Assembly (NCBI GenBank): GCA_963782915.1
Contig: CAWALK010000001.1
Location: forward strand, 171,733-235,732
DNA: 64,000 bases
Source: an uncultured archaeon
GTDB taxonomy: Archaea; Thermoproteota; Bathyarchaeia; Bathyarchaeales; Bathycorpusculaceae
Reading direction: 5' to 3'
In this document: piece by piece, positions 42,300 through 53,319 of the stretch
Layout of the letters: each line of letters begins with the position of its first letter
Numbering within the stretch: the stretch's first letter is position 1
Notes under the pieces: model-generated
The model's input: only the letters and a program-made list of their open reading frames with translations
What the model was told of the DNA's origin: nothing
Databases searched by the model: none
Made by a program: the position numbers and the translations under genes

Positions 42300-43622
42300 A
42301 TGGCTCAACTAGATCCAGTACTACAAGCCGTCCTAACCATATGCATACTAGTTTTCGCAGCAAAAATTCTAGGCGAAATCTTTTCCTGGCGAAAAATCCC
42401 CTCAGTACTAGGCGAATTAATCGCCGGCATGATTCTGGGACCCTACGCCATAGGCTCCATATTAATCATCAATGGCGTGCAATTCATCCAAATAAACGAA
42501 ATAGTACTGGCCTTTGGTGAAATAGGCGGCATACTCATCCTCTTCGCGGCCGGCTTAGAAATGACATTCCAAGATTTCCGAAAAGTAGGCACCGCCGGCT
42601 TCGTAATTGGAACATGCGGTGTTATCGTTCCTTTCATCATGGGTTACGGATTATCGTTTCTATTCGGGTACGGCACCATTGTCGGTCTAGTTGTTGGCGC
42701 TGCACTCGTAGCTACAAGCATATCGATTACCTCGCTGGTTTTAATGGAACTCAATAAAACAAGAGCGCCTGAAGCGCGCATGATGATAAGCGCCGCCGTA
42801 GTAGACGACGTCTTAGGCCTAGCAATTTTAGGCGTAATCGTCTCATTCATAACATCTTCAACAGCTATCACTGCACTTGGCGTAGTGGAAGTTATTGCAT
42901 GGTCTCTTGCCTTATGGCTTGGCATCACCATCCTCTTAGCCGTCATCTTGCCAAGAATAGTAAATTTTGTATCTAAAGGAAAATCAGAAGGCCCACTTGA
43001 AGCAACAGCCACAGCCGCATGCTTCGGCGCATCAGCCCTAGCCGCACTACTTGGCCTATCAGCTATCGTTGGCGCTTTCGCTGCAGGCATGGCAATTGCG
43101 AGCTCCCACACGATAGAGAAGATACGCGACTACATCAAAAAAATAAGCTCAATATTCTCTCCAGTATTCTTTGCGTTGGCTGGTGCCCAATTTAACATTC
43201 AAAGCTTCGTTACAACAGATTGGATGTTCTATCTCTTCTTTATAGCTCTGGTAATAGTGGCTGTTGTGAGCAAATTCATCGGCTGCGGATTACCTGCTGG
43301 CTTCTTCTTAAAGAATAGATCTAAAGGGACCAAAGTTGGCTATGGCATGATTTCACGCGGAGAAGTAGGACTTATAGTGGCTGGAGTAGCTATCTCTGCA
43401 GGAGCAATCAGTCAGAACGTTTACTCAGCAATATTGGGCATGATCATAATCACAACTATCTTAGCACCAATACTGCTCAAAAAAGCCTATGATAAGGAAC
43501 CCGCTGAAGAAGAGCAAGCCAATACTGCTCCAGATAATAGGGATGCACCTGACTTTATCCCAACCTACCCTTTAGGAATAAGCGGTACCCCTACGACGGG
43601 TTGCGAAAAGAATAAGTGCTGA
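42300..43622 (+). CDS. CPA2 cation:proton antiporter (NapA/Kef-like)
   Basis: ELIAGMILGP, AAVVDDV and MISRGEVGL motifs. Confidence 0.93.
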   Translation: MAQLDPVLQAVLTICILVFAAKILGEIFSWRKIPSVLGELIAGMILGPYAIGSILIINGVQFIQINEIVLAFGEIGGILILFAAGLEMTFQDFRKVGTAGFVIGTCGVIVPFIMGYGLSFLFGYGTIVGLVVGAALVATSISITSLVLMELNKTRAPEARMMISAAVVDDVLGLAILGVIVSFITSSTAITALGVVEVIAWSLALWLGITILLAVILPRIVNFVSKGKSEGPLEATATAACFGASALAALLGLSAIVGAFAAGMAIASSHTIEKIRDYIKKISSIFSPVFFALAGAQFNIQSFVTTDWMFYLFFIALVIVAVVSKFIGCGLPAGFFLKNRSKGTKVGYGMISRGEVGLIVAGVAISAGAISQNVYSAILGMIIITTILAPILLKKAYDKEPAEEEQANTAPDNRDAPDFIPTYPLGISGTPTTGCEKNKC

Positions 43623-43684
43623 CAGCTTTTAACAACTAATGGCATTCCTAAAGAATGCACTGTTTGTTTTAAGGAGGCGATAGT

Positions 43685-44719
43685 TTGGCAGAAGTATTTT
43701 CTAGCTTCATCGTTAACATACTCATCATTGCTGTCTCCTTTGTCGTGCTAAACTTTGCCAGCAACATCGTCATCAACAACGCCGTCAAAGTTGCATCTAT
43801 AACCCGTTTAGGAAAGACTGCTGTTGGTTTTAGCATAATTGCTTTTTCAACTTCGCTTCCAGAGTTGACTGTAGCTTTTATTGCAGCGTTTTCTGGTGGT
43901 GCAGCGCTTTCTGTCGGTAACGTTTTGGGTTCAAATATAGTTAATATTTCGGTAATTGTGGGGTTAGCCGCTTTTCTAGTGTATTTTCAATGTCGACGAA
44001 GAGCTAAACGTGCCAAAGCGCCGCCACCAACTGAGTGTAATATTGTCCCTGCATTTGCCAAATCAGAACTAAGCAGCATCTACTTTGGGCTCTTTATTTC
44101 ATCGATTATACCTATTGTTTTGATTTTTATCTCGGCTGCGGCGTGGATTGTAGGTTTAGTTTTAATCGGCATCTTCATCGGTTACATGTATCAGCTCTCC
44201 AAAGTGCGGATGCCTGAAGAAAACAACGGCGGCGTTACCGCACAGGAAAAAGGCAGACTAAACAGGTACCTCCTCTTCACCATTGCTGGTGCTCTTGGCG
44301 TGGTTGTAAGCGCCTATTTCTTGGTTGAATCCGCCGTCGCTATTGCCCAAGTAGCGGGGCTTTCGCAGCAAGTGATTGGCGCAACCATAATAGCCATTGG
44401 AACCAGTTTGCCCGAATTGACCTTGGATTTAAAAGCTATGCTTCATGGGCATGCGGGGCTTGCGTTCGGCGACATTATCGGTAGCAGTTTTGTTAATATT
44501 ACCTTGATTTTGGGGGTTACGCTTTTTGTTCCTGCACTTGTTGGTTCGCCCGTGGTTTTGGTGGCGGATGTTTTCCAGAACCTTGTGCTGTTTTCTATTG
44601 TGGTTAATTTGCTTTTTTGGTATTTTCTTACGAGGGGTCAGATTGGGAAGAGGGAAGGGGCTGTTTTTTTGGTTATTTATGCGCTTTTTATTTTGACGAC
44701 TATTGGGTCAGTCAGTTGA
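43685..44719 (+). CDS. Sodium:calcium antiporter (YrbG/NCX_Mj-like)
   Basis: Two alpha repeats: STSLPE...GNVLGSN and GTSLPE...GDIIGSS. Confidence 0.93.
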   Translation: MAEVFSSFIVNILIIAVSFVVLNFASNIVINNAVKVASITRLGKTAVGFSIIAFSTSLPELTVAFIAAFSGGAALSVGNVLGSNIVNISVIVGLAAFLVYFQCRRRAKRAKAPPPTECNIVPAFAKSELSSIYFGLFISSIIPIVLIFISAAAWIVGLVLIGIFIGYMYQLSKVRMPEENNGGVTAQEKGRLNRYLLFTIAGALGVVVSAYFLVESAVAIAQVAGLSQQVIGATIIAIGTSLPELTLDLKAMLHGHAGLAFGDIIGSSFVNITLILGVTLFVPALVGSPVVLVADVFQNLVLFSIVVNLLFWYFLTRGQIGKREGAVFLVIYALFILTTIGSVS

Positions 44720-44894
44720 AAATAAACCCGAAAAGCCTATGCTTTGGTTACTGTGCAGCGTAAAACCCTGTTATGCCCAGCTTGACTGCTGCAAATGTAC
44801 ACTTAAAACAAGCCCTATCCAGCAACCATTCAAAGAAACATGCAGCACTCAATGAATGCAGCGTTCCAAAACAAGCGAATAAACAAACGTCCAG

Positions 44895-44928
44895 CCTATA
44901 AATAAGGGAGGGGGCCTATCTCAGAGCA
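44895..44928 (-). repeat. Dispersed motif family B copy between convergent genes
   Basis: Minus strand TGCTCTGAGATAGGCCCCCTCCCTTATTTATAGG. Confidence 0.55.
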
Positions 44929-44959
44929 GCTCAAGCCTCTGTTTTCGCGGCATGGATTG

Positions 44960-45856
44960 TTAAAACAGCGGGTTAATCTTAAGCAAACTACTGAGCATCA
45001 AAGCCAACGTAAACACAATCGCCACAATCACAAAGTCTTTGGCTAACACTTCACCGAGTTTTAGAAGCTTCGTGTTATCGGCGCTGTCATCTCTAAAGAG
45101 CGTATTTCTCTTCTGGACTAAGCGCAAGGTGATGAAGCTTGCCAATGCAGTTAAGGCTGCATAGTAAACAAGCGGCAAATTAAACAATACACCAACGAGC
45201 ACCATTAATGGAATCATGATGTAGCCCATCGCAACCGTGAAGAGCAAGCCACGGCGGAAACCCAGAATAATCGGCAACGTCCTCGAACCACTGTTAAAGT
45301 CTGAGGCGTAATCAGCTAAGTCTTCCCAGAGGCTGTTAATGGCTGTGGTTACACCGATAAGCAAAGCTAATGTGACAACGTTGATTGAGAATGCGCTAAA
45401 GAATGCCGCGATAATCATGATTGGCACCGCGCCGACGGTAAAGTTAACAATCGGTTTATACGGTGTTTTTCGCAGTCGGAAAGGCGGCACAGAGTAAACT
45501 ACGCCGAAGAATAAGCCCAAACCCACAAACAACACCACATACGGCATCAAAGTTAAGGCTCCAAGCGCCAAAGACAACGCAGTAAACCCAACCGCAATCA
45601 ACAATCCAGCTTTGCCCAAGCGCTTCGTAAACTTCGCCCGCAGAGGATCCGAGAGCACATCCAAGTCTACGTCGCAGAGGTTATTCATTGCATCCACGGC
45701 GCTCCAAACACAGAAAACAATAGCGCCCAAAAACAGTGCGGTTGGCCATGCAAAGGCTTCGCCTGCAAGAAAGGTTGCGCCGATTGAAATCATGAAAAGC
45801 ATGAGTCCGCGTTCGACGGATATGAACTGGGCGAAGCCCCTGATGTTCGAAAGCAT
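44960..45856 (-). CDS. UbiA-family prenyltransferase
   Basis: NNLCDVDLD, YSVPPFRLR and EDLADYASDFNSGSRTLP motifs. Confidence 0.9.
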   Translation of the reverse strand: MLSNIRGFAQFISVERGLMLFMISIGATFLAGEAFAWPTALFLGAIVFCVWSAVDAMNNLCDVDLDVLSDPLRAKFTKRLGKAGLLIAVGFTALSLALGALTLMPYVVLFVGLGLFFGVVYSVPPFRLRKTPYKPIVNFTVGAVPIMIIAAFFSAFSINVVTLALLIGVTTAINSLWEDLADYASDFNSGSRTLPIILGFRRGLLFTVAMGYIMIPLMVLVGVLFNLPLVYYAALTALASFITLRLVQKRNTLFRDDSADNTKLLKLGEVLAKDFVIVAIVFTLALMLSSLLKINPLF

Positions 45857-46057
45857 ACCCACGTAGGCTAGATGACCATTCTTAAGGTTTCCCCAACATT
45901 GAACCCAAAAAGCCCTGAAAAGATTTCTGCTCAATTTGGCTTGCTTGCTCTATATGCATGCTTTGGCTATGTACGTAGTTGTCTTCGCTTTTTAGCAAAG
46001 GTTATTTGGCAAAAACTCTTTTATGTTATTAGAAGCGGCTTTTGTTTGTAAGGGAGA

Positions 46058-47254
46058 TTGTTTGCTTTGGACTTTGACCAGAGAGGATTCGCTAAAATTC
46101 ACGATTTCAGCATGAACTTTGAAGCCATGAATAGTAGGCTTAGGGATTTATCAGAAAAGTATCCTTCAGGTGTGATCATTCCGATAATCGAAGCTGACCT
46201 CAAAGGTCAAGTGCTCGTAAACATAGTGAATGAATTAAATGAATGCGATTACCTAAAAAAAGTGTACATTGCACTTGCTACTAAAAACCCCCAAATCTAC
46301 CAAGAAGCAATGCATGTTTTCGATACCTTCGAGGTTCCTCACGAGGTCATCTGGTGTAACAACCCCAAGATTGATGGGGTGCTAGAAGAGCTTAAACAAA
46401 AAGGCTTAGACGTTACTGACTTCAATGGGAAAGGCCGCGACGTCTGGATGGCTATGGGCATCGCCTCTTTAGATTTACACGCATTCGTTGTTCATGACGC
46501 TGACATCCTAAATTATACACGCATGTTACCCACAAAAATGCTCTATCCAGTCATTGAACCCCGACTTGACTTTTTCTTCTCCAAAGGCTACTATGCAAGA
46601 ATTAACATAGAAAAACGCAGAATGTACGGTCGAATCACTCGACTCTTCATGAGCCCTATCCTGCAAGCGATGGAAGAAAAACTGGGATACAATTCCAAGT
46701 TCGTAAGATACCTACAAACGTTTAGCTACCCCATGTCAGGAGAAATCGCGATCTACAGTGACTTAGCCATGCGCCTACGTATACCCTGCGATTGGGGCTT
46801 CGAAGTAGGTTTGCTGGCTGAACTCTACCGCAGAGCCTCATACGAATACATCTGTGAAGTTGACTTGGGCTTCTACGATCACAAACACAAAGAAGTCATA
46901 GGAAATGAATTAGTCAAAACAGCCCAAGACAGCCTGATAACTTTGCTGCGCACATTAACGGAGATAGATGGGATTGAAGTTTCCGAGCCTTTCTTGCGGA
47001 GTCTCCAAATAATGTACCGTAAAATGGCGCAAGACAAAATTCGACAGTACCACGCCGACGCCATGTGCAACAATTTGGATTACGACCGTCATCAAGAAGA
47101 ATCCAGCGTTGATACTCTATCTCAAGCCATTATGGCTGCAGGAAAAAAGTATCTCGAGAATCCAGCTAAAACCCAGATGCCTGATTGGTTACGTGCCAAC
47201 GCGGCGATGCCTGATATTAGAGAACGCTTACGGGACGCTGCAATCGAAAAGTGA
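46058..47254 (+). CDS. gpgS: Glucosyl-3-phosphoglycerate synthase (long GpgS type)
   Basis: GKGRDVW, HDADI, KGYYAR, GRITRLF, YPMSGE, DWGFEVG and YDHKH; coupled to a HAD phosphatase. Confidence 0.82.
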   Translation: MFALDFDQRGFAKIHDFSMNFEAMNSRLRDLSEKYPSGVIIPIIEADLKGQVLVNIVNELNECDYLKKVYIALATKNPQIYQEAMHVFDTFEVPHEVIWCNNPKIDGVLEELKQKGLDVTDFNGKGRDVWMAMGIASLDLHAFVVHDADILNYTRMLPTKMLYPVIEPRLDFFFSKGYYARINIEKRRMYGRITRLFMSPILQAMEEKLGYNSKFVRYLQTFSYPMSGEIAIYSDLAMRLRIPCDWGFEVGLLAELYRRASYEYICEVDLGFYDHKHKEVIGNELVKTAQDSLITLLRTLTEIDGIEVSEPFLRSLQIMYRKMAQDKIRQYHADAMCNNLDYDRHQEESSVDTLSQAIMAAGKKYLENPAKTQMPDWLRANAAMPDIRERLRDAAIEK

Positions 47255-48018
47255 GAACTAAAACCGTCATCTTCTCTGACATCGATGGAACATTCCTCGA
47301 TGAGCAATACAGTTATGCCTCTACTAAACCGATAGTTGATAAACTGCTTGCGTTGGGCACATCCATCGTGTTCAACAGCAGTAAAACAAAAGCAGAGATA
47401 GAATTCTATCGCAAAGCAATCGGTTTAGCTGAGCCCTTCATCTCGGAAAACGGAGCAGCCATATTCATCCCCAAAAACTACTTCCCCTTTACATATCCAT
47501 GCAACCAAACAGATGGCTATTGCGTAATCGAGTGGGGCATACCCTACAAGGAATTACGGGTCAAGCTAAACATAATCAAAGAGAAAACGGGGGCAAAAAT
47601 CGTGGGATTCGGAGACATGACCCCAGAGGAGCTAGCCGAGGATACAGGTTTGCCGCTGCATTTGGCGCTGTTAGCCAAAGAACGTGACTATGACGAACCT
47701 TTCAGAATTTTAGAAGGCGATAAATTCGCTGTTCTACAGGCAATAGCTGATGAAGGTCTACATTGCGTATTGGGCGGCGGCAGGTATTTCCATCTAACAG
47801 GAGCCAACGACAAAGGTGCAGCCACCACCATTCTAAGCAGCCTCTACAGTCGCGCCTTCGATAAGGTTGAAACGTATGCGGTGGGTGACGGACCTAACGA
47901 TTTGCCTATGCTAAAAGTGGTCGATAAACCGTTTTTTATAGAAAAGGGTGAGGAGAATTCGCGGGTTAATGCTTGGCTGGCTATTCTGCGGGATGTCTGT
48001 GGTAAAGTTATGGTTTAG
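47251..48018 (+). CDS. Glucosyl/mannosyl-3-phosphoglycerate phosphatase (HAD-IIB)
   Basis: SDIDGT, SSKTKAE, ENGA, GGRYFH and GDGPND motifs. Confidence 0.9.
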   Translation: MRTKTVIFSDIDGTFLDEQYSYASTKPIVDKLLALGTSIVFNSSKTKAEIEFYRKAIGLAEPFISENGAAIFIPKNYFPFTYPCNQTDGYCVIEWGIPYKELRVKLNIIKEKTGAKIVGFGDMTPEELAEDTGLPLHLALLAKERDYDEPFRILEGDKFAVLQAIADEGLHCVLGGGRYFHLTGANDKGAATTILSSLYSRAFDKVETYAVGDGPNDLPMLKVVDKPFFIEKGEENSRVNAWLAILRDVCGKVMV

Positions 48019-49282
48019 GGTTTGACTTTTGCCGCTTCCAGTTCTCTTTAAGGCAGCTATCAATAATGTCAACACTAAAATTAGGATTATAGGACCCGTG
48101 GTTGTTGGGACCTCTGGGATTACTGTGGCTGTTAGTTTGTAGATTTTGCCGTCGTAAGCACTGAAGTAGAGTTCATTGTTTTGGTCTGTGCCAAATGAAG
48201 CGATGTTTAAGCCAGAATCCACAAGCAACACATTATTTGCTTCACTGCCGTTATAGCGTAACGCCCAGATTCTGCCTGAACCATAATCGCCATAAACATA
48301 AGCGCCAACAAGACTGGGCAAAGCCTTGCCATGATAAACGTAGCCGCCGATAACTGCGTTGCCCAAGGTCATGGGTATAATTCCATATGGGCAAAGTGAG
48401 CCCCGTCTGGTTGCAGCCACTCGGCGGGTTATAGCAGAGTGTGCCCTCCATGGTGTTCCAGCCATAGTTTTTGCCCTTTTCAACTAAATCGATTTCTTCC
48501 ACTCTGTCCTGCCCCACATCACCAACCCACAACGCGCCAGTTGCTGAGTCGAAGCTGAAGCGCCAAGGATTGCGAAAGCCATAGGCATAGATTTCCTCAC
48601 GGTACCCCGCAGTGTTGCCCGCAAAGGGGTTGTCAGCTGGGATGCTATAGTTGCGTCCGTTAGATTGCGTGTTTACGTCGATTCGCAGTATTTTGCCCAG
48701 TAGCGTGGAGGGGTTTTGTCCGTTGCCGTTGGGGTCGCCTTCTGAGCCGCCGTCGCCTACACCAATGTAGAGGTACCCGTCTGGTCCGAATGCTAATTGT
48801 CCGCCCTTGTGGTTGCTGAAGGGTTGGCTTATTTCAAGTATGACTTGTTGGCTGTTTGAGTCGGCAACGTTAGCATCGTTGGTGCTAACAGAGAAACGTG
48901 CGATTACGGTGCGCCTCGGATTATCAGCCACATAATCCACATAGAAGTAGCCATTTTGGCTATAATTTGGGTGGAATGCTAAACCTAAAAGCCCCTGTTC
49001 GCCGCCATAAAGCACCCGACTGCTAATATCCAAAAATACGCTTGAGGCAGATGCGTTTTGGGTGTTGTTGAAAACCTTGATTACGCCTGCCTGCTCAATT
49101 ACAAAAAGTCTGTTGCTGTTGGTGGGGTCTGGGAATATGCCGTCTGGCTGGTTAAAAGTCAAATTTGGAAATGCCACTGTAACTGAGTAGGCGCTTGAGT
49201 TTTGAGCACTAACATTTCCAGTAGCTAAGATGAGCAATACACATAGGGTTGCTGCAAAAGAAAGCTGCCTTATAGAATTCAA
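48015..49282 (-). CDS. PQQ-dependent sugar dehydrogenase (GSDH family) with PEF-CTERM-like tail, frameshifted
   Basis: GEQGLLGLAFHP, NHKGG, GFRNPWRFSFD and NYGW; C-terminal VIPEVP + TM + basic residues; exact stop uncertain. Confidence 0.88.
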
Positions 49283-49361
49283 TCTTATTCAAAATATAAT
49301 AATTAATAAGAGAAATTAAGTTCATGCAGTAGGTACACTACAGCATCAACCCGAAAACTGA

Positions 49362-49844
49362 TTAATGGCTGACTTCTGCGGTTTCTTCCCTATTCTTGAG
49401 CTTCTCTTCGAGAAGAACCAGCAGTTCCTGAGGCTTCACTGGCTTAACCAAATAAGCATCAGCCCCTTCATCAAGCGCCTTAACACCCGTCTCCAAAGAC
49501 GGAAAACCCGTAATCATAATTTTAACGGTGTGCTGAAGTTGCTTTTTGAGTTTCGCAAGCAAATCAGTGCCATCCATATCAGGTAGCCTAATGTCAACAA
49601 GCGCTAAGTCATAGTGGCGATTCTCCGTTTTTTCCATAGCTTCCTTTCCTGTTTCGGCTGTGTCTATCTCGTAGCCGCTTTTCTGGAGAATACGCGTGAA
49701 GGTGCGAAGGATCGATTTATCGTCGTCTACAACTAATATGGTTTTTTTCGATTCTGCCACTTCTAACATTCCCTTCCTCTTTATAATTGGCTTCTCGACA
49801 AACTCGAAGGCTGCCGATGTGCCGATATTTTCTTTGTCAACCAA
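49362..49844 (-). CDS. Stand-alone response regulator receiver protein
   Basis: ILVVDDD, DIRLPDMDG, ITG and YLVKP motifs. Confidence 0.93.
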   Translation of the reverse strand: MVDKENIGTSAAFEFVEKPIIKRKGMLEVAESKKTILVVDDDKSILRTFTRILQKSGYEIDTAETGKEAMEKTENRHYDLALVDIRLPDMDGTDLLAKLKKQLQHTVKIMITGFPSLETGVKALDEGADAYLVKPVKPQELLVLLEEKLKNREETAEVSH

Positions 49845-50062
49845 ACAATTGCCACACCAATTGGATATGACAAAGAACTCTTTAACTCCTGTTTCGCCAA
49901 TCCTAACAATGATTTTCGAGATTAATAAACGCTATCCCCTCTGCTAAAAAGCATTTAATCGCCTGCACTGCCAAAATTGACAAGAATACGCTAACTTGCA
50001 TGTTGACAATAAGAATATTAAACCCAAAAACGTTGAGTTAATGTAGGTTTTGACACTCAGAA

Positions 50063-51529
50063 ATGATGTCCACTGGTTCTTCGTCTTTTTCTTATAGAAT
50101 AGCCCCTGAAGTTCCTCCCAGCTACTACGAAAAACTATTCGACTTCATATACACCCAGTATCTGATACCTCAAAAGCAGCGGTTCACCGATATTGTCAGG
50201 GAATCCAATAGCCAAGGTGAACGATTAACCTATGTAGTCACCGATACACAGGGAAATCGCCTCATTAATATGGAAGTTAAAAGCGGCACACCCTTTGAAC
50301 TGCAAATTAATCCGTTAAGCTCTGTTGCTTCCCACACAGCCGTTGAAGAAGCCAAACAGGACATCTTAATCGCCATGCAAATCTTCTCTCAAAACGCCAA
50401 AAACGCAACAGTCTATTTTGCTTGGCGGGAAGGCGAACAAGTTGTTCCGGAAGCCTACACTAAACCGGCGAAATCATTCAATCGGCTGTTTCTTGAAACT
50501 CAAATTCTCTTTTTCATCGTTTTTATCGTTTTTGGCATGTTCATATTCATAACTATATCCACAACACTTCCTGATGCCTTCTGGGTTGCACCACTGATCT
50601 TGATTGGTATCCAGTTTGGCTTCGTCTTTTATTCTAACAAGTTTATTGGGCGTAGCGCAGACTGGCATATAACCGAAGCAAACCCCACTATCCATCTGCT
50701 CGAATATTACTTGCCGGTAAGTGAGAAAAACGATTTTAACAAAAGCTACCCACGAGAGACACTGATTGCGATAAAGAAGGAAATCTATGATGAAATCATC
50801 GCTAAAAAAGGCGAAGTTGACATTGAATCCGCACAGAAAGTCTTCCTAAAATATGGCGTACCCTGCGAGCTGCAGAATCTTAAAGCAAAAAAAATCAACG
50901 TATATGAAATCGTAAAAAAGATCGCTGACCGATTCCATTTCCCAATGCCTGAAGTCGTTGTTTCCAACACTATGGTGCCTAATGCGGCTGCTTCCGGTCC
51001 AAGCCCCAAACGTGGATTAGTGCTCATTACCACGGGGATTCTGGTGCAGCTTAACGAGAATGAATTGATGGGTGTTTTAGGACACGAGTTTGGGCACCTC
51101 AAAGGACGCGACCCACTCATACTCTACGGATTAGTATCGGCAGAATTTCTCTTCCGCTTCTACGTATTGTTCCCGCTGTTTCCGCTGATTTTCTCTTCAT
51201 TCCTCTTCTTCGCTTACTTCTGGGCAGTGATGGTTGTCATATTCTTCATCGCCAAATTCTTTGAAGCCCGCGCCGACTTAGTATCCGCCATGGTCATAGG
51301 TAACCCGCAGATTTTAGCAGGGTCGCTTGAAAAAATCGGGTTCCAACGCCTACTCTACGAGCGGACGCCTTCCTATCGGATTCAGGAATGGCTGGGTTTG
51401 GATCCGCATCCACCCATCTATTTCAGGGTAAACCGTCTAGAGAACCTTTCACCGGGGATAATTCGGCATCCACTGATCCAATCCATCAAAGATGTTACCC
51501 GTGGCTTCATTGCTACCCTTAAAACTTAG
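50063..51529 (+). CDS. M48 (HtpX-like) membrane metalloprotease with N-terminal extension
   Basis: PNAAASG, HEFGH, EARAD and HPPIYFR motifs. Confidence 0.9.
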   Translation: MMSTGSSSFSYRIAPEVPPSYYEKLFDFIYTQYLIPQKQRFTDIVRESNSQGERLTYVVTDTQGNRLINMEVKSGTPFELQINPLSSVASHTAVEEAKQDILIAMQIFSQNAKNATVYFAWREGEQVVPEAYTKPAKSFNRLFLETQILFFIVFIVFGMFIFITISTTLPDAFWVAPLILIGIQFGFVFYSNKFIGRSADWHITEANPTIHLLEYYLPVSEKNDFNKSYPRETLIAIKKEIYDEIIAKKGEVDIESAQKVFLKYGVPCELQNLKAKKINVYEIVKKIADRFHFPMPEVVVSNTMVPNAAASGPSPKRGLVLITTGILVQLNENELMGVLGHEFGHLKGRDPLILYGLVSAEFLFRFYVLFPLFPLIFSSFLFFAYFWAVMVVIFFIAKFFEARADLVSAMVIGNPQILAGSLEKIGFQRLLYERTPSYRIQEWLGLDPHPPIYFRVNRLENLSPGIIRHPLIQSIKDVTRGFIATLKT

Positions 51530-51661
51530 CAGTGATTTTGGGTAACCTTTATTGGCGTCTTTTTGATAATCGCTTTAAGGGATGCGAGTAGAGCGCTTCT
51601 ATCCCCAAAAACATAGTTTTGAATGCAAAGAATAATAAAGCATGCATGATAGCCATAACAC

Positions 51662-52957
51662 GTGAGGCAAAAAAGGTTGAAACTACTCTTTGTCGCAATC
51701 GACGGCATGGGCGATTTGCCAATCGAAGCCTTAGGTAACAAAACAACCCTTGAAGCAGCAAAAACCCCCAACTTGGACTCTTTAGCCGAGAAGGGAAAAA
51801 CAGGTTTAATGTACACTGTTGAAAAGGGTGTTGCTCCTGAGAGTGATGTTGCAGTTATTTCTCTTTTAGGATATGACCCCTTCAAGTACAGCACTGGCAG
51901 AGGCGTCATCGAAGTTGCTGGTGTAGGATTAAAAATGAAAGACGGCGACTTAGCTCTACGATGCAACTTTGCCACACTTGGTGAAGGCAAAAACATTTTG
52001 GACCGCCGAGTCGCACGCAGCCTCACAACAGAAGAAGCAACAATATTAACTAATGCCGTTAACAAAGAAGTCACTTTAACCTCGTATCCAGCAACGTTTG
52101 AATTCAAAAATACGCTGGGTCACAGAGCCGTATTGCTTATCCGAAGCAAAGATAAGCCATTATCCAGCCAAATAACCAACAGCGACCCCGCATATGCAAT
52201 AATCAACGGAATCGGGGTAGCCCAAACTAACGTTGAAATGGTTCTAAAAACCTGTGAACCCATGGATAACACCCCTGCAGCAAAGGTTTCAGCTGGCTTA
52301 GTAAACGAGTTCATCACTAAATCACATGATCTCTGGGAAAATCACCCCATAAATGTGAAACGCGCCAAAGAGGGCAAACTAAAAGCCAACGTCGTCTTAA
52401 CACGCGACGCAGGACACTTACTGCCCAAATTCTTCAACATTAACCAGCATTATAATGTTGACTTCGCTTGCCTTGCTGATATGCATGCGGAACGCGGCAT
52501 CGCCCAACTAGCAGGCATGGACGCCACTCTTCTCCCACCGCCCACAGGCAACCTGCAAGCTGACTGCGAATACAGAGTAAACGCACTCCTTGAAGCCATG
52601 CCCAAACATGACTGCTTCTACATCCACCTAAAAGGCCCCGACGAACCAGGCCACGACGGCAACTATAAACTGAAAACCGAAATCATCGCAGCCATCGACA
52701 AGTACTTCTTTGGTCCACTGCTAAAGCAGATTTCACTTGAGGACACGCTTATCTGTGTAACTTCCGACCATGCGACGCCATGTGCGCTTAAAGTTCACAG
52801 CGACACCCCCGTTGCGGTGCTGATTGTAGGGGGCAAAGTGGTCGGCGATGGCAGAGCTATCAAGTTCTCGGAGAAGAACTGTGCAGGCGGCAGCTTAGGC
52901 ACGATTGAGCGTGGCTGCGAGTTAATGCCCAAACTGATGGAGTTACTTAAAAAGTAG
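51662..52957 (+). CDS. apgM: 2,3-BPG-independent phosphoglycerate mutase, archaeal
   Basis: IDGMGD, TPNLD, PESDVA, HLKGPDEPGHDG and TSDHATP motifs. Confidence 0.93.
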   Translation: MRQKRLKLLFVAIDGMGDLPIEALGNKTTLEAAKTPNLDSLAEKGKTGLMYTVEKGVAPESDVAVISLLGYDPFKYSTGRGVIEVAGVGLKMKDGDLALRCNFATLGEGKNILDRRVARSLTTEEATILTNAVNKEVTLTSYPATFEFKNTLGHRAVLLIRSKDKPLSSQITNSDPAYAIINGIGVAQTNVEMVLKTCEPMDNTPAAKVSAGLVNEFITKSHDLWENHPINVKRAKEGKLKANVVLTRDAGHLLPKFFNINQHYNVDFACLADMHAERGIAQLAGMDATLLPPPTGNLQADCEYRVNALLEAMPKHDCFYIHLKGPDEPGHDGNYKLKTEIIAAIDKYFFGPLLKQISLEDTLICVTSDHATPCALKVHSDTPVAVLIVGGKVVGDGRAIKFSEKNCAGGSLGTIERGCELMPKLMELLKK

Positions 52958-53057
52958 GGCTATAACGCCTCTATTTCCTCTTTATGGGGTTTGTTTAGCC
53001 TTTTTGGGCTTGATTCTTTTTAGGGTTAAAATTTCATTTCTTTTGGATATTTGCTGT

Positions 53058-53236
53058 CTTTTCTACAGTGTGTTGTTGGCGAAAAGCCCCTATACACAAC
53101 AACAACCAGTAGGCTTAGCTGGCAATTGCGTTTTAGCGTTAGCGTCCAAATCAAATTGCAGGCTGGTTGTGGAGTAATCAGCAAGCAGACGGCATAACCT
53201 TTCGGTATTGATAGAGAAGATAATGCCCACAGAGCA
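53058..53236. repeat. Dispersed intergenic repeat family A, copy 2
   Basis: Shares the 21-mer, TGTTGTTG/CAACAACA hairpin, GG(C/T)TGGTTG(C/T)GGAGT, GCAAGCAGA and CAGAGCA with copy 1. Confidence 0.75.
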
Positions 53237-53319
53237 GCAGACTTTTGCCTTAGTTCAATCCATAACAAGTCTGAGCGAAGAATAAATTCTACTCTAAACC
53301 TATAGCTTGCAGTGATGGC

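Noticed and set aside
43630-43670. Fluoride-riboswitch-like ATGGCATTCC before the Na/Ca antiporter
   Set aside because: Lacks the GGnGAUGG start and the downstream AUGAC pseudoknot partner; only a short GCATTC/GAATGC hairpin.
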